64,000 bases of DNA from Candidatus Nanopelagicales bacterium (GCA_023260395.1 JALQVI010000002.1:1867-65866), one strand, 5' to 3'. Numbered from the stretch's first letter, positions 47,301-56,405 are shown. Program-made: numbers and translations. Notes: generated from the sequence alone by a model not told the origin.

Positions 47301-48386
47301 ATGCCTGAAGTTCCATTACATGAAACACACGTTGCACTCGGCGCCAAGATGGGCCCTTTCGGTGGCTGGGATATGCCAATCGAATACTCAGCAGGAACAG
47401 TTGCTGAACACACCGCGGTTCGAACCGCAGTTGGACTCTTTGATGTCTCGCATATGGGTAAGTTGCGCATTACCGGTGACGATGCTTTTGGCTTCGTTAA
47501 CTCGATTCTTGCGAACGATCTCAACCGCATTGAGCCAGGTCACGCACAGTATTCAATGTTGTGCAACGAGTCTGGCGGCATCATCGATGACTTAATTGTT
47601 TATCTTGTTGGTCGCGATGAAGTCCGAATTATTCCGAATGCATCAAATGCTTCGACAGTTGCTGATGCGTTGAACGCAGCGGCTCCTGCAGGAATTACTG
47701 TTGCGAACCGCCACCTTGAGCAAGGAATTATTGCGGTGCAGGGTCCCAAGTCTGGCGATCTCCTCAAGGTACTTGGTTTGCCTACGGAGAATGACTACAT
47801 GGCTTTCGAAGATGCGACCTGGAATGGCCATGAGTTAACAGTGTGCCGCACGGGTTACACCGGTGAACATGGATACGAAATTGTCATCGGTAACGAGGGC
47901 ATCGTTGACTTGTGGAATGCGCTTCTTGAAGCAGGCGAACCTCTTGGTGTCTTGCCATGTGGTCTCGGTGCGCGTGACACACTGCGCACTGAAATGGGTT
48001 ACCCACTTCATGGCCAAGATATTTCACCAGAGATCTCGCCGGTACAAGCTCGTACCGGCTGGGCTGTCGGTTGGAAAAAAGAACACTTCGCTGGTCGAGA
48101 TGCACTAGTCGCAGAGAAAGAAGCAGGCGCAAGTCGTCTTGCTTGGGGCTTGCTTGCAACAGGTCGAGGAATCCCGCGCGGTCACATGCAAGTAAAGAAC
48201 CCTGCAGGAGAAATTGTCGGTGAAACCACAAGTGGTACGTTCTCGCCAACATTGCAAATCGGAATTGCATTAGCACTGTTGTCACCATCGATTTCAGAAG
48301 GTGACGAACTCGTTGTAGATGTGCGTGGCCGTGAATTGCCAGTCAAGGTTGTGAAGCCTCCATTCGTGAAGGCAAGCACTAAGTAA
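47301..48386 (+). CDS. gcvT: Glycine cleavage system T protein (aminomethyltransferase)
   Basis: Full-length GcvT-like sequence (..PLHETHVALGAKMGPFGGWDMP.., ..RTGYTGEHGYEI..). Confidence 0.9.
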   Translation: MPEVPLHETHVALGAKMGPFGGWDMPIEYSAGTVAEHTAVRTAVGLFDVSHMGKLRITGDDAFGFVNSILANDLNRIEPGHAQYSMLCNESGGIIDDLIVYLVGRDEVRIIPNASNASTVADALNAAAPAGITVANRHLEQGIIAVQGPKSGDLLKVLGLPTENDYMAFEDATWNGHELTVCRTGYTGEHGYEIVIGNEGIVDLWNALLEAGEPLGVLPCGLGARDTLRTEMGYPLHGQDISPEISPVQARTGWAVGWKKEHFAGRDALVAEKEAGASRLAWGLLATGRGIPRGHMQVKNPAGEIVGETTSGTFSPTLQIGIALALLSPSISEGDELVVDVRGRELPVKVVKPPFVKASTK

Positions 48387-48395
48387 CTAACCAAT

Positions 48396-48434
48396 AAAAA
48401 TAGCCCCGACGATTTGTCGGGGCTATTTTTATTT
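48396..48434. terminator. Bidirectional rho-independent terminator between gcvT and the aquaporin gene
   Basis: AAAAATAGCCCCGAC-gattt-GTCGGGGCTATTTTTATTT has an 11-bp GC-rich stem core flanked by an A-run and a T-run. Confidence 0.9.
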
Positions 48435-48439
48435 AACGA

Positions 48440-49087
48440 TTAATCGCGAGCTGGCTTGATGACCACGTCGTAGACGAAAGCTGCAGCAAGTGCGCCAACG
48501 ATTGGACCAACGATCCAAACAAGTGCGTTGCTGAGATCGCCATTAACGATTGCTGGTCCGAACCAACGTGCTGGATTCATTGCAGCACCAGTAACAGGGC
48601 CTGACCACATGATGTCGCCGAAGATGGCAAGACCAATTGGCAGACCAGCAACGATTGAGAATGCGCCACGGCTATCAACAGCTACACCCATGATAGTGAT
48701 CATCAAGATGAAGGTTGCAATTGCTTCAACAACGAGTCCAGTTGAAACTGAGACACCCTGGCCAAGCGCAGGAACGCCCTTGAATGATCCGTATGCGTAG
48801 TTGGCAACGAGAGCAGCAGCAAGGCCACCAACAAGCTGAGCAACGATGTAGGCGACTGCATCGACAGCGCCAATGCGACGAGTGGCTGCAAGAGCAACAG
48901 TCACAGCTGGGTTGAAGTGCGCGCCAGATACATGTGCGAACGCAGCGATGGCTACGAAGATTGCAAGACCGTGAGCAAGAGCTACGCCTGTTAGTTCAGC
49001 GCCATTGGTGATTGCGCCAATGCCAAAGATGCAAAGGAAGAACACGCCAAGGAACTCAGCAAGTAACCGGGCAGGTGCGTCTTTCAT
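48440..49087 (-). CDS. aqpZ: MIP-family channel (aquaporin Z / glycerol facilitator-like)
   Basis: Two NPA boxes (HFNPAVT, MNPARW). AAGGAGA lies upstream of the ATG. Confidence 0.85.
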   Translation of the reverse strand: MKDAPARLLAEFLGVFFLCIFGIGAITNGAELTGVALAHGLAIFVAIAAFAHVSGAHFNPAVTVALAATRRIGAVDAVAYIVAQLVGGLAAALVANYAYGSFKGVPALGQGVSVSTGLVVEAIATFILMITIMGVAVDSRGAFSIVAGLPIGLAIFGDIMWSGPVTGAAMNPARWFGPAIVNGDLSNALVWIVGPIVGALAAAFVYDVVIKPARD

Positions 49088-49325
49088 AAAGTTTCTCCTT
49101 GAATGAGAGGAAGCAACCGCGTGTGCGGTGTTATGTGTTTTTCACGATATCGCCTTGGCAATGCTGACACGGTTATTCATCTCGGCGCGTTGCCAATTCT
49201 TGAGAAATTTCTTAGTAATTTCACCTTTGTTTTCACGATGTGGGACTACTGGTGAGTAGTTCGCTTATCAGCATCGCCATCTCTAGGCTTGCAGCCATAC
49301 CCCCTAGCAAACGTGGAGAAAAGTC

Positions 49326-50369
49326 GTGACAAGCTCTGAGACTCAACCAGATTTTGACGTTCAATTACGCAACGCGATTGACTCGAAAACTAAACCGCTT
49401 GGAAGCCTCGGTCGGATCGAAGAGCTCGCTTTCTCGTTAGGAACCATATATCGAAATCTCACACCGCGAATCACTAATCCGCGAATGTTGGTTTTTGCTG
49501 GAAATCATGGAATCACCGAAAGTGGAGTATCGGCATTTCCATCTGAGGTCACCGCACAGATGGTTCTCAATTTTATCTCTGGGGGAGCAGCCATCAATGT
49601 GCTGTGCCGTACCTTCGGAATTGACTTAGAGATTGTTAATGCTGGCGTTGAATTTGATTTCCCCTCGCACTCGGATTTGGTCGACGAGCCGATTGCCGCG
49701 AGCACGAAGAATTTTCACTTAGAGCCTGCAATGACTGCAGAGCAAGTACAGTCTGCTATCACGTTAGGTCGCAGACGCGTGCAGGCAGCCGTGGATGGTG
49801 GTAGTAACTTCATCTTGTTGGGCGAGATGGGCATTGGGAACACTTCGAGTGCTGCTGCGATCACTGCACGGGTAACTCAAACTTCGATTGGTGTTTGCAC
49901 TGGACGTGGCACCGGTCTGACAGATGAGTCGCTTGCGCATAAGACACAGGTTTTGGCAGAAGCGCTTGCTCGCCACGAATCAGCCGTTTCTCCTTTGGAT
50001 GTTCTTGCAACATTTGGAGGGTTTGAAATCGCGGCCATGGTTGGCGCTATCTTGCAGTCGAAGGAATTGGGGATTCCTGTAATGGTTGATGGATACATCA
50101 CGACTTCAGCCGCGCTGATTGCGGCTGGCATAGATGCCACGTCGCGCGAAGTAATGGTGTTTTCACATCGATCGCAAGAGCCAGGACATCTCATTGCATT
50201 GCAGCATCTTCATGCATATGAATTACTCAATCTTGATTTGCGATTGGGCGAAGGATCTGGCGCTGCGTTGGCCTTCCCACTTGCAAAAGCTGCCACTGAA
50301 ATTCTCTGTGACATGGCTACATTCGATGCGGCGCAAGTTTCTGGCGCCATAGATTCAGCTCACGAGTAG
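49326..50369 (+). CDS. cobT: Nicotinate-nucleotide--dimethylbenzimidazole phosphoribosyltransferase
   Basis: CobT-like ..KTKPLGSLGRIEELA.., ..GEMGIGNTSSAAA... GGAGAA lies upstream of the GTG. Confidence 0.9.
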   Translation: MTSSETQPDFDVQLRNAIDSKTKPLGSLGRIEELAFSLGTIYRNLTPRITNPRMLVFAGNHGITESGVSAFPSEVTAQMVLNFISGGAAINVLCRTFGIDLEIVNAGVEFDFPSHSDLVDEPIAASTKNFHLEPAMTAEQVQSAITLGRRRVQAAVDGGSNFILLGEMGIGNTSSAAAITARVTQTSIGVCTGRGTGLTDESLAHKTQVLAEALARHESAVSPLDVLATFGGFEIAAMVGAILQSKELGIPVMVDGYITTSAALIAAGIDATSREVMVFSHRSQEPGHLIALQHLHAYELLNLDLRLGEGSGAALAFPLAKAATEILCDMATFDAAQVSGAIDSAHE

Positions 50370-50379
50370 GCTCTCGTAA

Positions 50380-51117
50380 ATGCTTAATTTTCTCGGTGCA
50401 CTTGGATTTTTGACGCGCATCCGTGTTCCCGATCGAGCTTTAGTTAGGCCGCTAAATGCCACTGCGCAGTATTTCCCCGCAGTTGGAATTGTGGTTGGTC
50501 TCATTGTTGCTGCAGTGTTCCAACTGGCGTCACTTGTATTGCCGGTTCTGCCATCCATCGTTTTGTCGACAGCTGTTGGAGCGTTGGTGACAGGTGGCTT
50601 TCACGAAGATGGACTTTCAGATTCTGCAGATGGACTTGGCGGCGGATGGACCAAAGAAGACGTTCTTCGCATCATGCAAGACTCTCGCGTCGGATCGTTC
50701 GGTGCACTGGCGCTTGTGTTGGTATTAACTTTGAAAGTTTCTACCTTGGCGGAAATTCCACAATCGTGGATTGCGATTTCCTTGGTTGCAGGACATGCCA
50801 TAAGCCGTTTTGTGGCTACAACATTCACCTACACTCACAAATATGTGCGGTTTGAAGGAAAGAACAAGCCGCTGGCTGACGGCATCACGAAAATTCAGTT
50901 AACCGTCGCCGCAGTCATTGCGCTTGTGCCGCTCTTGATATTTCCTTGGCAGGTTTGGATCATTTCAATCGTGAGCATCACCGCAATGCGAATGTATATC
51001 GGTTATCGGATTCGCATTCGCATCGGTGGCTATACCGGTGATTTATTGGGTATGTCGCAGCAACTTACTGAAGTCATGTTCTATTTATCGGTGTGCTCGT
51101 GGTTCTTTATCTCGTAA
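50380..51117 (+). CDS. cobS: Adenosylcobinamide-GDP ribazoletransferase (cobalamin synthase)
   Basis: Membrane protein with ..GGFHEDGLSDSADGLGGG... It follows cobT. Confidence 0.9.
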   Translation: MLNFLGALGFLTRIRVPDRALVRPLNATAQYFPAVGIVVGLIVAAVFQLASLVLPVLPSIVLSTAVGALVTGGFHEDGLSDSADGLGGGWTKEDVLRIMQDSRVGSFGALALVLVLTLKVSTLAEIPQSWIAISLVAGHAISRFVATTFTYTHKYVRFEGKNKPLADGITKIQLTVAAVIALVPLLIFPWQVWIISIVSITAMRMYIGYRIRIRIGGYTGDLLGMSQQLTEVMFYLSVCSWFFIS

Positions 51118-51623
51118 GGCACTTGCGACCGACGATTGATAGTGGAATTTGCTACGGCTGGACTGATGTACCAGCGCAAGTGGATGCCAACGCAGCCACG
51201 GACATTGCACACAAACTTGGTGAGGTTCGAGCGCTTCATTCAAGTTCCTTAACACGATGTGCCAATTTAGCGCGGGCACTTGGTGGCCAACTCAATCTCG
51301 AGGTTGTCGTTAATGATGCACTGAAAGAATTGAATTTCGGCCAGTGGGAAATGAAAACCTGGGATGACATCGGTGCACAGGCTATTGATGATTGGATAGC
51401 GTCCGGTTACGAGGCGACTCATTCTGGCGAGTCGTTAACTGAATTTGATGCCCGTGTCGAACGATGGGCAAGGGAGCAAAATCCTCAATTGGACATTGCG
51501 GTTGTTACGCATGCTGGAGTCATTCGAAGTTTCTTGCGAACTTTCAGCGCTATTTCGTTAGAAGAAAGCTTGGCGTACCCAATTGCGTTCGGCGAAATAG
51601 TTACGTGTGAGATTTCGGCCTAG
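51093..51623 (+). CDS. cobC: Histidine-phosphatase family protein, probable alpha-ribazole-5'-phosphate phosphatase
   Basis: N-terminal LYLVRH... phosphoglycerate-mutase-like motif and a late ..VVTHAGVIR... It overlaps the cobS 3' end. The functional call relies on context. Confidence 0.65.
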   Translation: MLVVLYLVRHLRPTIDSGICYGWTDVPAQVDANAATDIAHKLGEVRALHSSSLTRCANLARALGGQLNLEVVVNDALKELNFGQWEMKTWDDIGAQAIDDWIASGYEATHSGESLTEFDARVERWAREQNPQLDIAVVTHAGVIRSFLRTFSAISLEESLAYPIAFGEIVTCEISA

Positions 51624-52179
51624 TTGAATAGATCTCAAGTGGTCGACCTGCGACAACCAGGACTACTGAATCACTGATAGCGCCTATCGCGACATTTACC
51701 TTGCCCAAGAGGTCTTGAAAAAGTCGGCCGCTTGATACTGCGGGAATAATTCCGGAACCGACTTCATTCGTCACAAAGATGATGTCGCTACGACTAGATT
51801 GCGCTGCATTGCATAATTGCTCGATGTGCTCGTCCAGAGTGCGTAAGAATGCGAAATATTCAGGTGAATGTTGTGGCAATGACCAGCCTTCGAGTCGGTC
51901 AATCGTTGCTGTGAGCCATAACGTTAAACAATCAACGAGGACATGTTCGTCAGTGTTCACATCTGCAAGTGCCTCGGTCAAATGTGAGGTCTCAATTGTT
52001 GTCCAATGATCTGGTCTGCGATTCTGATGTAATTCAATTCGCGACACCCACTCGGGATCTTCGGGATAAGTCGGAGCGGTGGCGATGTAGGTAACCTGCG
52101 GTTTGTCAGCTAATAGACCTTCGGCGTAGTGAGACTTTCCACTACGCGCGCCACCAGTGACGAGGGTTATTTGGGTCAT
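51601..52179 (-). CDS. cobU: Adenosylcobinamide kinase / adenosylcobinamide-phosphate guanylyltransferase
   Basis: P-loop GGARSGKS. About 190 aa with a CobU/CobP-like sequence. It overlaps the ABC ATPase stop by 4 nt. Confidence 0.85.
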   Translation of the reverse strand: MTQITLVTGGARSGKSHYAEGLLADKPQVTYIATAPTYPEDPEWVSRIELHQNRRPDHWTTIETSHLTEALADVNTDEHVLVDCLTLWLTATIDRLEGWSLPQHSPEYFAFLRTLDEHIEQLCNAAQSSRSDIIFVTNEVGSGIIPAVSSGRLFQDLLGKVNVAIGAISDSVVLVVAGRPLEIYSTRPKSHT

Positions 52180-52949
52180 GGGTGTCGCCTCGGGACAACA
52201 ATGGGACCGTGCTCGTCGTTAATGACTCGCACAGCGGCACCGTAGGTCTTGCTGATGTGTTCCTCGGTGAGAACTTCATGTGCAGTTCCATGAATCACCG
52301 TTGAGCCATTGGCCAACATGAGAATTCGATCGGGATATTGCCCAGCGATGGTCAAGTCATGCATTGTTGAAATGACGGCAATCTTTTGTTCGCGTCGAAG
52401 TTTGTCGAGCAGATCCAAAACTTCTTGGGAATAGCCAATGTCAAGAGCAGATGTTGGTTCGTCGAGCAAAATGATGGGACTGGCTTGAACCAGGGCACGT
52501 GCAATGGCGACTCGCTGACGCTCTCCGCCGGAAAGTGTGTTCACTGATCTAGTGGCGAACTGTGTGAGATCTAGTTCAGCAAGTACGAAATTGGCCATGT
52601 CGTGGTCGAGTTGAGTTTCATTGGCCAGCAGCGATAGGTGCGCTGTTCGTCCAAGAAGAACGTATTCAAAAACGCTCATGCCGCTCGGTGCAACCGGATC
52701 TTGGGCAACGTAGGCAATCCAGCAAGCTCGATCACGCACTGAAAATGTACGTACGTCATGCTCGTCAATTTCCAATGTGCCACTCGGTTCGGCAAGTCCT
52801 GCTAGCGCGCGCAATAGTGTCGACTTGCCTGCACCATTAGGTCCAACGATGCATAGCCATTCGCCCGTGCTTACATTCAACGACACGTCTTTGACGATGG
52901 TTTTGCCGTCGATTGTCACCGTAATGTTGTTGGCTGTAAGCGATGTCAT
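52176..52949 (-). CDS. btuD: ABC transporter ATP-binding protein (FecE/BtuD type)
   Basis: Walker A GPNGAGKST, signature LSGGERQR and Walker B ILLDEP. It belongs to a riboswitch-controlled operon. Confidence 0.75.
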   Translation of the reverse strand: MTSLTANNITVTIDGKTIVKDVSLNVSTGEWLCIVGPNGAGKSTLLRALAGLAEPSGTLEIDEHDVRTFSVRDRACWIAYVAQDPVAPSGMSVFEYVLLGRTAHLSLLANETQLDHDMANFVLAELDLTQFATRSVNTLSGGERQRVAIARALVQASPIILLDEPTSALDIGYSQEVLDLLDKLRREQKIAVISTMHDLTIAGQYPDRILMLANGSTVIHGTAHEVLTEEHISKTYGAAVRVINDEHGPIVVPRRHP

Positions 52950-53980
52950 GACGCATCTCGATTCTTGGCAGTACCCAAGATGTAAAGGAAGAACGGCGCA
53001 CCAATAAGCGCAGTAACTACGCCGATGGGAATTTCTTGCGGTGCTAGAACCGTACGTGAAGTTAAGTCAGCAAGCATCAAGAAAATGCCGCCTAACAAAA
53101 TCGAGAGTGGCACTAACCTGCGGTAGCTACTACCGGCACGAAGGCGAATCATGTGAGGGACAACAATTCCCACGAAGCCGATGAGGCCGGTGACAGAAAC
53201 TGCGGCGGCTGTACCAAGTGATGCGGCCACGATGATGATTGCTCGAGTTTTTGCAACGGGCAGACCTAATGTTGCTGCTTCATCATCGCCAATCGAAAAG
53301 ACATCAAGTACTCTGCGGAATTGGTAAAGCACAATCAAGCAACCGATGATGTACGGGGAAGTCATCTTGAGGTCGTCCCAACTTGCCCCACCTAGACGAC
53401 CGAGCACCCAGGAATACACTTCCCGAATTTTGTCCGCATTGCGTTGCTGAATCAGCGTTTGGATGGACGTTAACAAGCTCGCAACAGCAACACCTGACAG
53501 CAGGAGGGTCGCCGAAGACCGACCTTCGTGGGTCGAATGTCCCAGCGCATACGTCACCGCGACAGCGCCAAGCGCGAAAGTGAATGAAAACAACGGAACA
53601 AAAAAGGACGTGTGTCCGTGTCGCGAAACAATCGCGATTGTTGCGCCAAGACCTGCGCCGGCAGAGACGCCAAGTAGATATGGGTCAGCCAGCGGATTGC
53701 GAAAAGTGCCTTGATAGGCACAGCCGGCGGTTGCCAACATTGACCCAGCGAGCAGCGCTAAAAGAACTCGCGGTAATCGTAGTTCCCAAATGATGGTTGC
53801 GTTAGGGGAGTCCGGGATGGCGTGCGCCCACGGTAAATGACTGGCAATGACGTCAATCACATCTGTGATGGGAATAGCTACGGAACCTACTGCAACACAA
53901 AGGATTGCCGTCACGACAAGCGCGGCTACGCACGCCACCCACACGATTGGTGAGAGGCGTTGCGTAGCCGGCTTTGTCAT
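52946..53980 (-). CDS. btuC: FecCD-family ABC permease (BtuC type)
   Basis: 344 aa with about 9-10 TM helices and FecCD-like motifs (..LLGVSAGAGLGA..). Confidence 0.75.
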   Translation of the reverse strand: MTKPATQRLSPIVWVACVAALVVTAILCVAVGSVAIPITDVIDVIASHLPWAHAIPDSPNATIIWELRLPRVLLALLAGSMLATAGCAYQGTFRNPLADPYLLGVSAGAGLGATIAIVSRHGHTSFFVPLFSFTFALGAVAVTYALGHSTHEGRSSATLLLSGVAVASLLTSIQTLIQQRNADKIREVYSWVLGRLGGASWDDLKMTSPYIIGCLIVLYQFRRVLDVFSIGDDEAATLGLPVAKTRAIIIVAASLGTAAAVSVTGLIGFVGIVVPHMIRLRAGSSYRRLVPLSILLGGIFLMLADLTSRTVLAPQEIPIGVVTALIGAPFFLYILGTAKNRDAS

Positions 53981-53992
53981 GTTCGGTCGGAC

Positions 53993-54910
53993 TTACTTGT
54001 GGTTAAGGCTTGCGTTCACAATCGCATCGACAAGATCAACGACACGTGGACCCCATCGCGACGCAATGTCATCATCTAAGGCGATTACGTTGCCGCTCTT
54101 GATGGCCTCAAGGCCAGCCATTCCAGGGCGCTTTGCAAGTTCTGTTGCAGTTACAGAGCAGCACTTCGTATCGGCCAAAAATACCAATGAAGGATTAGCC
54201 TTCACGATGAATTCGGCCGACAGCTGTGGGTAGCCACTACTTGCATCCGGCGCAACATCAGCGATGTTAGTTAAGCCGGCAGATTTGTAAATTGAGCCAA
54301 TGAAAGTTGACGAAGTCACGCTATAGAACGTGTTATCGAGTTCGTGATAGAACGTTAAACCTGTCTTGTCCTTGACCTTGGCGAGTGACTGAGCGATCTT
54401 TGCCTTCATGTCACTGACCAAAGCAGTTGCTTCGGTGTTGTGTGCAGTGGCAGTTCCCAGCTCGTCAATCTGCTTGTAGGTGTCATCAATTGTCATTGCG
54501 GCAGGTTCAACCAGGACTGCAATTTTGGCGCCAGTCAAAGTTTTGACGATTCCATCAGTGTCATTACTCAAAACAACGAGGTCCGGGTGCTTGGCGATGA
54601 TTGCCTCGGCATTTGGTGTGAAACCTGAAAGGTCGGACTTTGGTGCTTCAGCTGGATAATTTGATTGATCATCGACTGCGATGACTTGTGGACCGGCCTT
54701 GATTGCAAAGAGCATCTCGGTAGCGGTAGGTGAGAGCGAAATGATCGCCTTTGGCTCTGTGCTAATTGTTACTGAAGTGCCATTGTTTTGAATGGTCACC
54801 GGATATGTTGTTGCCGGAACTGCTGAAGCAGTTGATGATGTGTTTGATGTTGAAGCGCATGCACTGAGAAGTAGTGCAACTGCGACCACACCAAGAAATG
54901 ACTTTTTCAT
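53993..54910 (-). CDS. btuF: Periplasmic-binding-protein (cluster A, BtuF/FhuD type) lipoprotein
   Basis: Signal peptide with lipobox LLLSAC. It is the first gene after the cobalamin riboswitch. Confidence 0.7.
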   Translation of the reverse strand: MKKSFLGVVAVALLLSACASTSNTSSTASAVPATTYPVTIQNNGTSVTISTEPKAIISLSPTATEMLFAIKAGPQVIAVDDQSNYPAEAPKSDLSGFTPNAEAIIAKHPDLVVLSNDTDGIVKTLTGAKIAVLVEPAAMTIDDTYKQIDELGTATAHNTEATALVSDMKAKIAQSLAKVKDKTGLTFYHELDNTFYSVTSSTFIGSIYKSAGLTNIADVAPDASSGYPQLSAEFIVKANPSLVFLADTKCCSVTATELAKRPGMAGLEAIKSGNVIALDDDIASRWGPRVVDLVDAIVNASLNHK

Positions 54911-55130
54911 GAGTCTCCCTTGCGTAGTCGACGAAAATTCCGACGGAGTAGGAGGGAGACTCCCAAGACCGACGAACTCTTCCTCGAGAGTTGTTATGGC
55001 AACCGCGTCGACAGGCGACCTGGCTTAACGAGATAACTCGTTTCACAGTTGCGGGACAGCGTCGGATTTAAACCGAACTTCGCTATCAACGCGGTAGGGA
55101 AAAACTAGCACACGGTTAACGCGTACCGAG
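54911..55130 (-). promoter_or_regulatory. Cobalamin (B12) riboswitch
   Basis: The minus strand contains the conserved core AGCGAAgttcGGTTTAAATCCGACGCTGTCCCGCAACTGTGAA (about 55085-55042) and a B12 box AAGCCAGGTCGCCTGTC (55026-55010). It ends in a helix GAGTCTCCCT (54962-54953) / AGGGAGACTC (54920-54911) that sequesters the RBS directly before ATG 54910. Confidence 0.85.
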
Positions 55131-55145
55131 AGTAAGTCTCGATAT

Positions 55146-55361
55146 TTACGATTCTGGGTGAATCGACATTGGTCCATAGACCAAGCGATCGCCTTCGTAT
55201 AGCGATACCGAATCGACGCCAGCATCAAGCAATGCTTGCCATTCGGCGCCAATGTATGTTTCAGCGTCGCTTTGAGTTGGAAACTCATTTGTCGCAGCAC
55301 TCTCTGGCAACCCTTGAGTAGGCATGCCTTCTTTATCGAGATAGACCCATAGCCAATTCAT
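55146..55361 (-). CDS. Small acidic hypothetical protein (71 aa)
   Basis: Its start overlaps the aldo/keto reductase stop (TAATG), suggesting translational coupling. The frame ends just upstream of the riboswitch. Confidence 0.5.
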   Translation of the reverse strand: MNWLWVYLDKEGMPTQGLPESAATNEFPTQSDAETYIGAEWQALLDAGVDSVSLYEGDRLVYGPMSIHPES

Positions 55362-56365
55362 TAACTCAACCTTTCTGGTGGTGATGTTGTTAGCGCTTCA
55401 TCACGAGAGATGAATTCACCAAGTGTGTTGTCAATTGCTGCCAAAATTTCTGGAGCCAAAGTGATGCCGCTCGCTAGCGCAGCTTCAGTGATTTGCTCTG
55501 GTCGCGAAGCGCCAACAATTGCTGCGGAGACATTCTTATTTTGTAGCACCCACGCGACGGCAAGTTGCGCCATTGTTAAGCCAGCGTCTGCAGCAATTGG
55601 TTTGAGGTTCTGTACCGCTTCGAGTAGGTCGTCACGCAACCAGCGAGCTACAAATTCTTTGCCTTCGTCACTTGTTGCGCGTGTGCCTTCGGGTGGTTGT
55701 TGACCAGGTAGATACTTGCCGGTGAGGACACCTTGAGCGATTGGCGACCACACGATGTGACCAATTCCGTTCGCTTGGCACAGTGGATCAACGTCAGTTT
55801 CAATGACTCGCCACAGCATGGAGTACTGCGGTTGACTCGAAATGAATTTGTCCAAGCCCATGTCCTTGGCGATGGTCAGCGCTCGGGCAATTTCTTCGGC
55901 GCGCCATTCGGAAAAGCCAATGTAGAGAACTTTGCCTTGACGAATCAGATCGTCAAAAGCCTTGAGAGTCTCTTCGAGCGGCGTGTTGTAGTCGAAGCGG
56001 TGTGCTTGGTAGAGATCGACGTAATCAGTATTGAGACGCTTTAATGAAGCGTTGCACGATTCCATGATGTGCTTGCGCGACAATCCAGTGTCGTTATGTC
56101 CCCGAGGACCCGTTGGGAAGTAGACCTTGGTCAAAATCTCAAGTGATTCGCGGCGCTGTCCAGCCAAAGCTCGGCCCAGAACGGATTCGGCGCCTGTATT
56201 GGCATAAACATCCGCGGTGTCGAACGTGGTGATTCCCGCATCTAGTGCGGCGTTAACGCACGAACGAGCAGTGTCTTCGGCAACTTGCGAGGCATGAGTA
56301 ATCCAATTGCCGTACGCAATTTCCGATACCTTGAGACCGCTGTTACCTAAATATCGAAATTCCAT
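55361..56365 (-). CDS. Aldo/keto reductase
   Basis: 334 aa with AKR motifs (..GNSGLKVSEIAYGNW.., ..FDTADVY.., ..LYQAHR.D..). Confidence 0.85.
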   Translation of the reverse strand: MEFRYLGNSGLKVSEIAYGNWITHASQVAEDTARSCVNAALDAGITTFDTADVYANTGAESVLGRALAGQRRESLEILTKVYFPTGPRGHNDTGLSRKHIMESCNASLKRLNTDYVDLYQAHRFDYNTPLEETLKAFDDLIRQGKVLYIGFSEWRAEEIARALTIAKDMGLDKFISSQPQYSMLWRVIETDVDPLCQANGIGHIVWSPIAQGVLTGKYLPGQQPPEGTRATSDEGKEFVARWLRDDLLEAVQNLKPIAADAGLTMAQLAVAWVLQNKNVSAAIVGASRPEQITEAALASGITLAPEILAAIDNTLGEFISRDEALTTSPPERLS

Positions 56366-56371
56366 ATCTTG

Positions 56372-56377
56372 ACAGTA
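56372..56377 (-). promoter_or_regulatory. -10-like TACTGT, 6 nt before aldo/keto reductase ATG (leaderless candidate)
   Basis: On the minus strand the arrangement is TACTGT-caagat-ATG(56365). Confidence 0.4.
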
Positions 56378-56405
56378 ACTTGCCTAGCGAAAAATTGTTG
56401 TGGAG

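Noticed and set aside
47243-47530. N-terminal extension of pepA (ORF-track 602 aa) overlapping the gcvT start
   Set aside because: M17 homology begins at MTLNTSV... ATG 47242 has AAGGAG 8 nt upstream. The extension would run antisense through the gcvT promoter and start.
49088-49325. Looked for a second cobalamin riboswitch upstream of cobT
   Set aside because: No GGTxAAATCC...GCAACTGT core or B12 box is present on either strand. Only a 10-nt direct repeat was found, and it is reported separately.
55043-55300. 85-aa minus-strand ORF overlapping the riboswitch and the 71-aa ORF
   Set aside because: Its 3' part covers the conserved cobalamin aptamer core, it is out of frame with the translationally coupled 71-aa ORF, and it has no start signals.
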